A DNA stretch of 37,921 nt from an uncultured Nitrososphaeria archaeon. Lineage in GTDB: Archaea; Thermoproteota; Nitrososphaeria_A; Caldarchaeales; Wolframiiraptoraceae. This document shows, in pieces, positions 37,159-37,921 of this stretch. Where the stretch lies: assembly GCA_964451435.1 (NCBI GenBank), contig CAYVHW010000002.1:1-37921 (forward strand), written 5' to 3'. The translations under genes were made by a program, and so were the position numbers. Every line of letters begins with the position of its first letter. Position 1 is the first letter of the stretch. The notes under the pieces are model-generated. The model saw only the letters and a list, made by a program, of their open reading frames with translations, made no database searches and had not been told where the DNA came from.

Positions 37159-37353
37159 GTGATAAGAGGTAACAAGCTGCGGAAAACTATCGTTTGCGTG
37201 CTTTCCGTAATAGTAACGATAAGTGTGATAGCATATCTCAATACGCTACCGAAACCAGTTTTTGAAAAACCATATTGGATTGGCATTATCGCATTACTAT
37301 TTCTATACTGGATAATTTTCATCAACCTGTATTCCAAATACGTGAGGAAGTAA
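37159..37353 (+). CDS. Possible small two-TM protein, hypothetical
   Basis: 64 aa with two hydrophobic helices, in an AT-rich region. It competes with an antisense ORF at 37101..37400. GTG start. Confidence 0.25.
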   Translation: MIRGNKLRKTIVCVLSVIVTISVIAYLNTLPKPVFEKPYWIGIIALLFLYWIIFINLYSKYVRK

Positions 37354-37519
37354 ATTATGGTGTCCTTCTCTGTCAGCTTATCAAGGTATATAATGTCCAT
37401 GCTTTTTCTTTAAGGAATACTCTTTGAGCATCGGAGAAAGATGTTTTCTGAAGCCGACATTATTACCGGTTGGTAGTTAATTTTATATACTATATAGCAT
37501 GTCTTACATCTGATGTAGT

Positions 37520-37747
37520 ATGGGGTTTGTGACCGTTTCTGCGAAGGTTCGGAGGGAGCTTTGGGAGAAGCTTAGGAGCTACGGGGTCAATATCAGCGAG
37601 GTCATCAGGCGTTCCCTGGAAGAAGAGATCAAGAGGAGAGAAGAGGAGGAAGCTAGGAGGCTTCTAGGCGAGGCCTCTAAACTGTTGAGGAAACTGAGTG
37701 AGGAGGAGATCGTTGAGTCCATCAGGGAGAGCAGGGAGGAGCGATGA
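37520..37747 (+). CDS. vapB: VapB-like antitoxin
   Basis: 75 aa. The N-terminus VTVSAKVRRELWEKLRSYGVNISEVIRRSL is followed by a Glu/Arg-rich tail. It overlaps the downstream PIN gene by ATGA. Confidence 0.65.
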   Translation: MGFVTVSAKVRRELWEKLRSYGVNISEVIRRSLEEEIKRREEEEARRLLGEASKLLRKLSEEEIVESIRESREER

Positions 37748-37921
37748 GGTATCTGCTCGACGCCAGCGCCCTCCTAAACATAGTGAGGAGGCTGGGAGAG
37801 AAGTCGCTGAAGATCCTGAAAGAAAACTACATCCTTACGCTAACGATCTATGAGGTTGGTAACGCATTATGGAGGGAGACAAAGCTACTGAAGAAGCTGA
37901 CCACGGATGAGGCAGAGGAAA
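37744..37921 (+). CDS. vapC: PIN-domain toxin VapC (5' part, truncated by the window end)
   Basis: Hand translation: MRYLLDASALLNIVRRLGEKSLKILKENYILTLTIYEVGNALWRE... The first acidic residue sits in the LLDAS context, and TxYExxN-like follows. Confidence 0.65.
   Translation, partial: MRYLLDASALLNIVRRLGEKSLKILKENYILTLTIYEVGNALWRETKLLKKLTTDEAEE

Noticed and set aside
37101-37400. A 99-aa minus-strand ORF in the AT-rich gap.
   Set aside because: It competes with an antisense 64-aa ORF that has two clear TM helices. AT-rich DNA yields long ORFs poorly and yields spurious Ile/Tyr/Leu-rich translations. Neither ORF is well supported, and only the plus-strand one is listed, at low confidence.

Overview
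This is a densely packed archaeal chromosomal window of about 50% GC, with genes on both strands and many 4-nt start/stop overlaps. The archaeal assignment rests on aEF-1beta, L7Ae, S28e, L24e, RpoP, FEN1, two CDC48/VCP paralogs, RtcB, fused ThiDN, a geranylgeranyl reductase, type-2 IPP isomerase and Trm5. Most of the window is housekeeping: endonuclease IV, a ThiW/ThiDN thiamine cluster, a PIN-PilT-KH ATPase, the glycine cleavage genes gcvPA-gcvPB-gcvT, GluRS, NDK and ribosomal proteins. I found no rRNA, tRNA or CRISPR array. The most interesting locus is 12.41-13.85 kb. It is a roughly 1.4 kb insertion flanked by a 13/14-nt direct repeat, and it encodes a frameshifted IS110-family-like DEDD recombinase. 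The 3' end of that ORF overlaps a strongly structured ~136-nt RNA-like element. One loop strand of that element repeats the element's left junction, and its closing-helix strand is complementary to the junction repeat. This has the same logic as bridge/seek guide RNAs, but it is unproven here. Other notable points follow. (1) A threonine-synthase-like protein has Leu in place of the PLP lysine and carries a C-terminal PadR wHTH; it is divergent from an ECF S-component gene across a 52-nt spacer containing a perfect 12-nt palindrome. (2) Two genes, a transglutaminase-like protein and an SplB-like radical SAM, are each broken by a compensating pair of homopolymer frameshifts. (3) An EthD protein carries a histone-H1-like Lys/Ala/Pro tail. 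(4) A CDF-like membrane protein flanked by wHTH-like modules sits in an AT-rich island. (5) A VapBC pair lies at the right edge. All family assignments come from motif recognition by eye and need HMM/BLAST confirmation.
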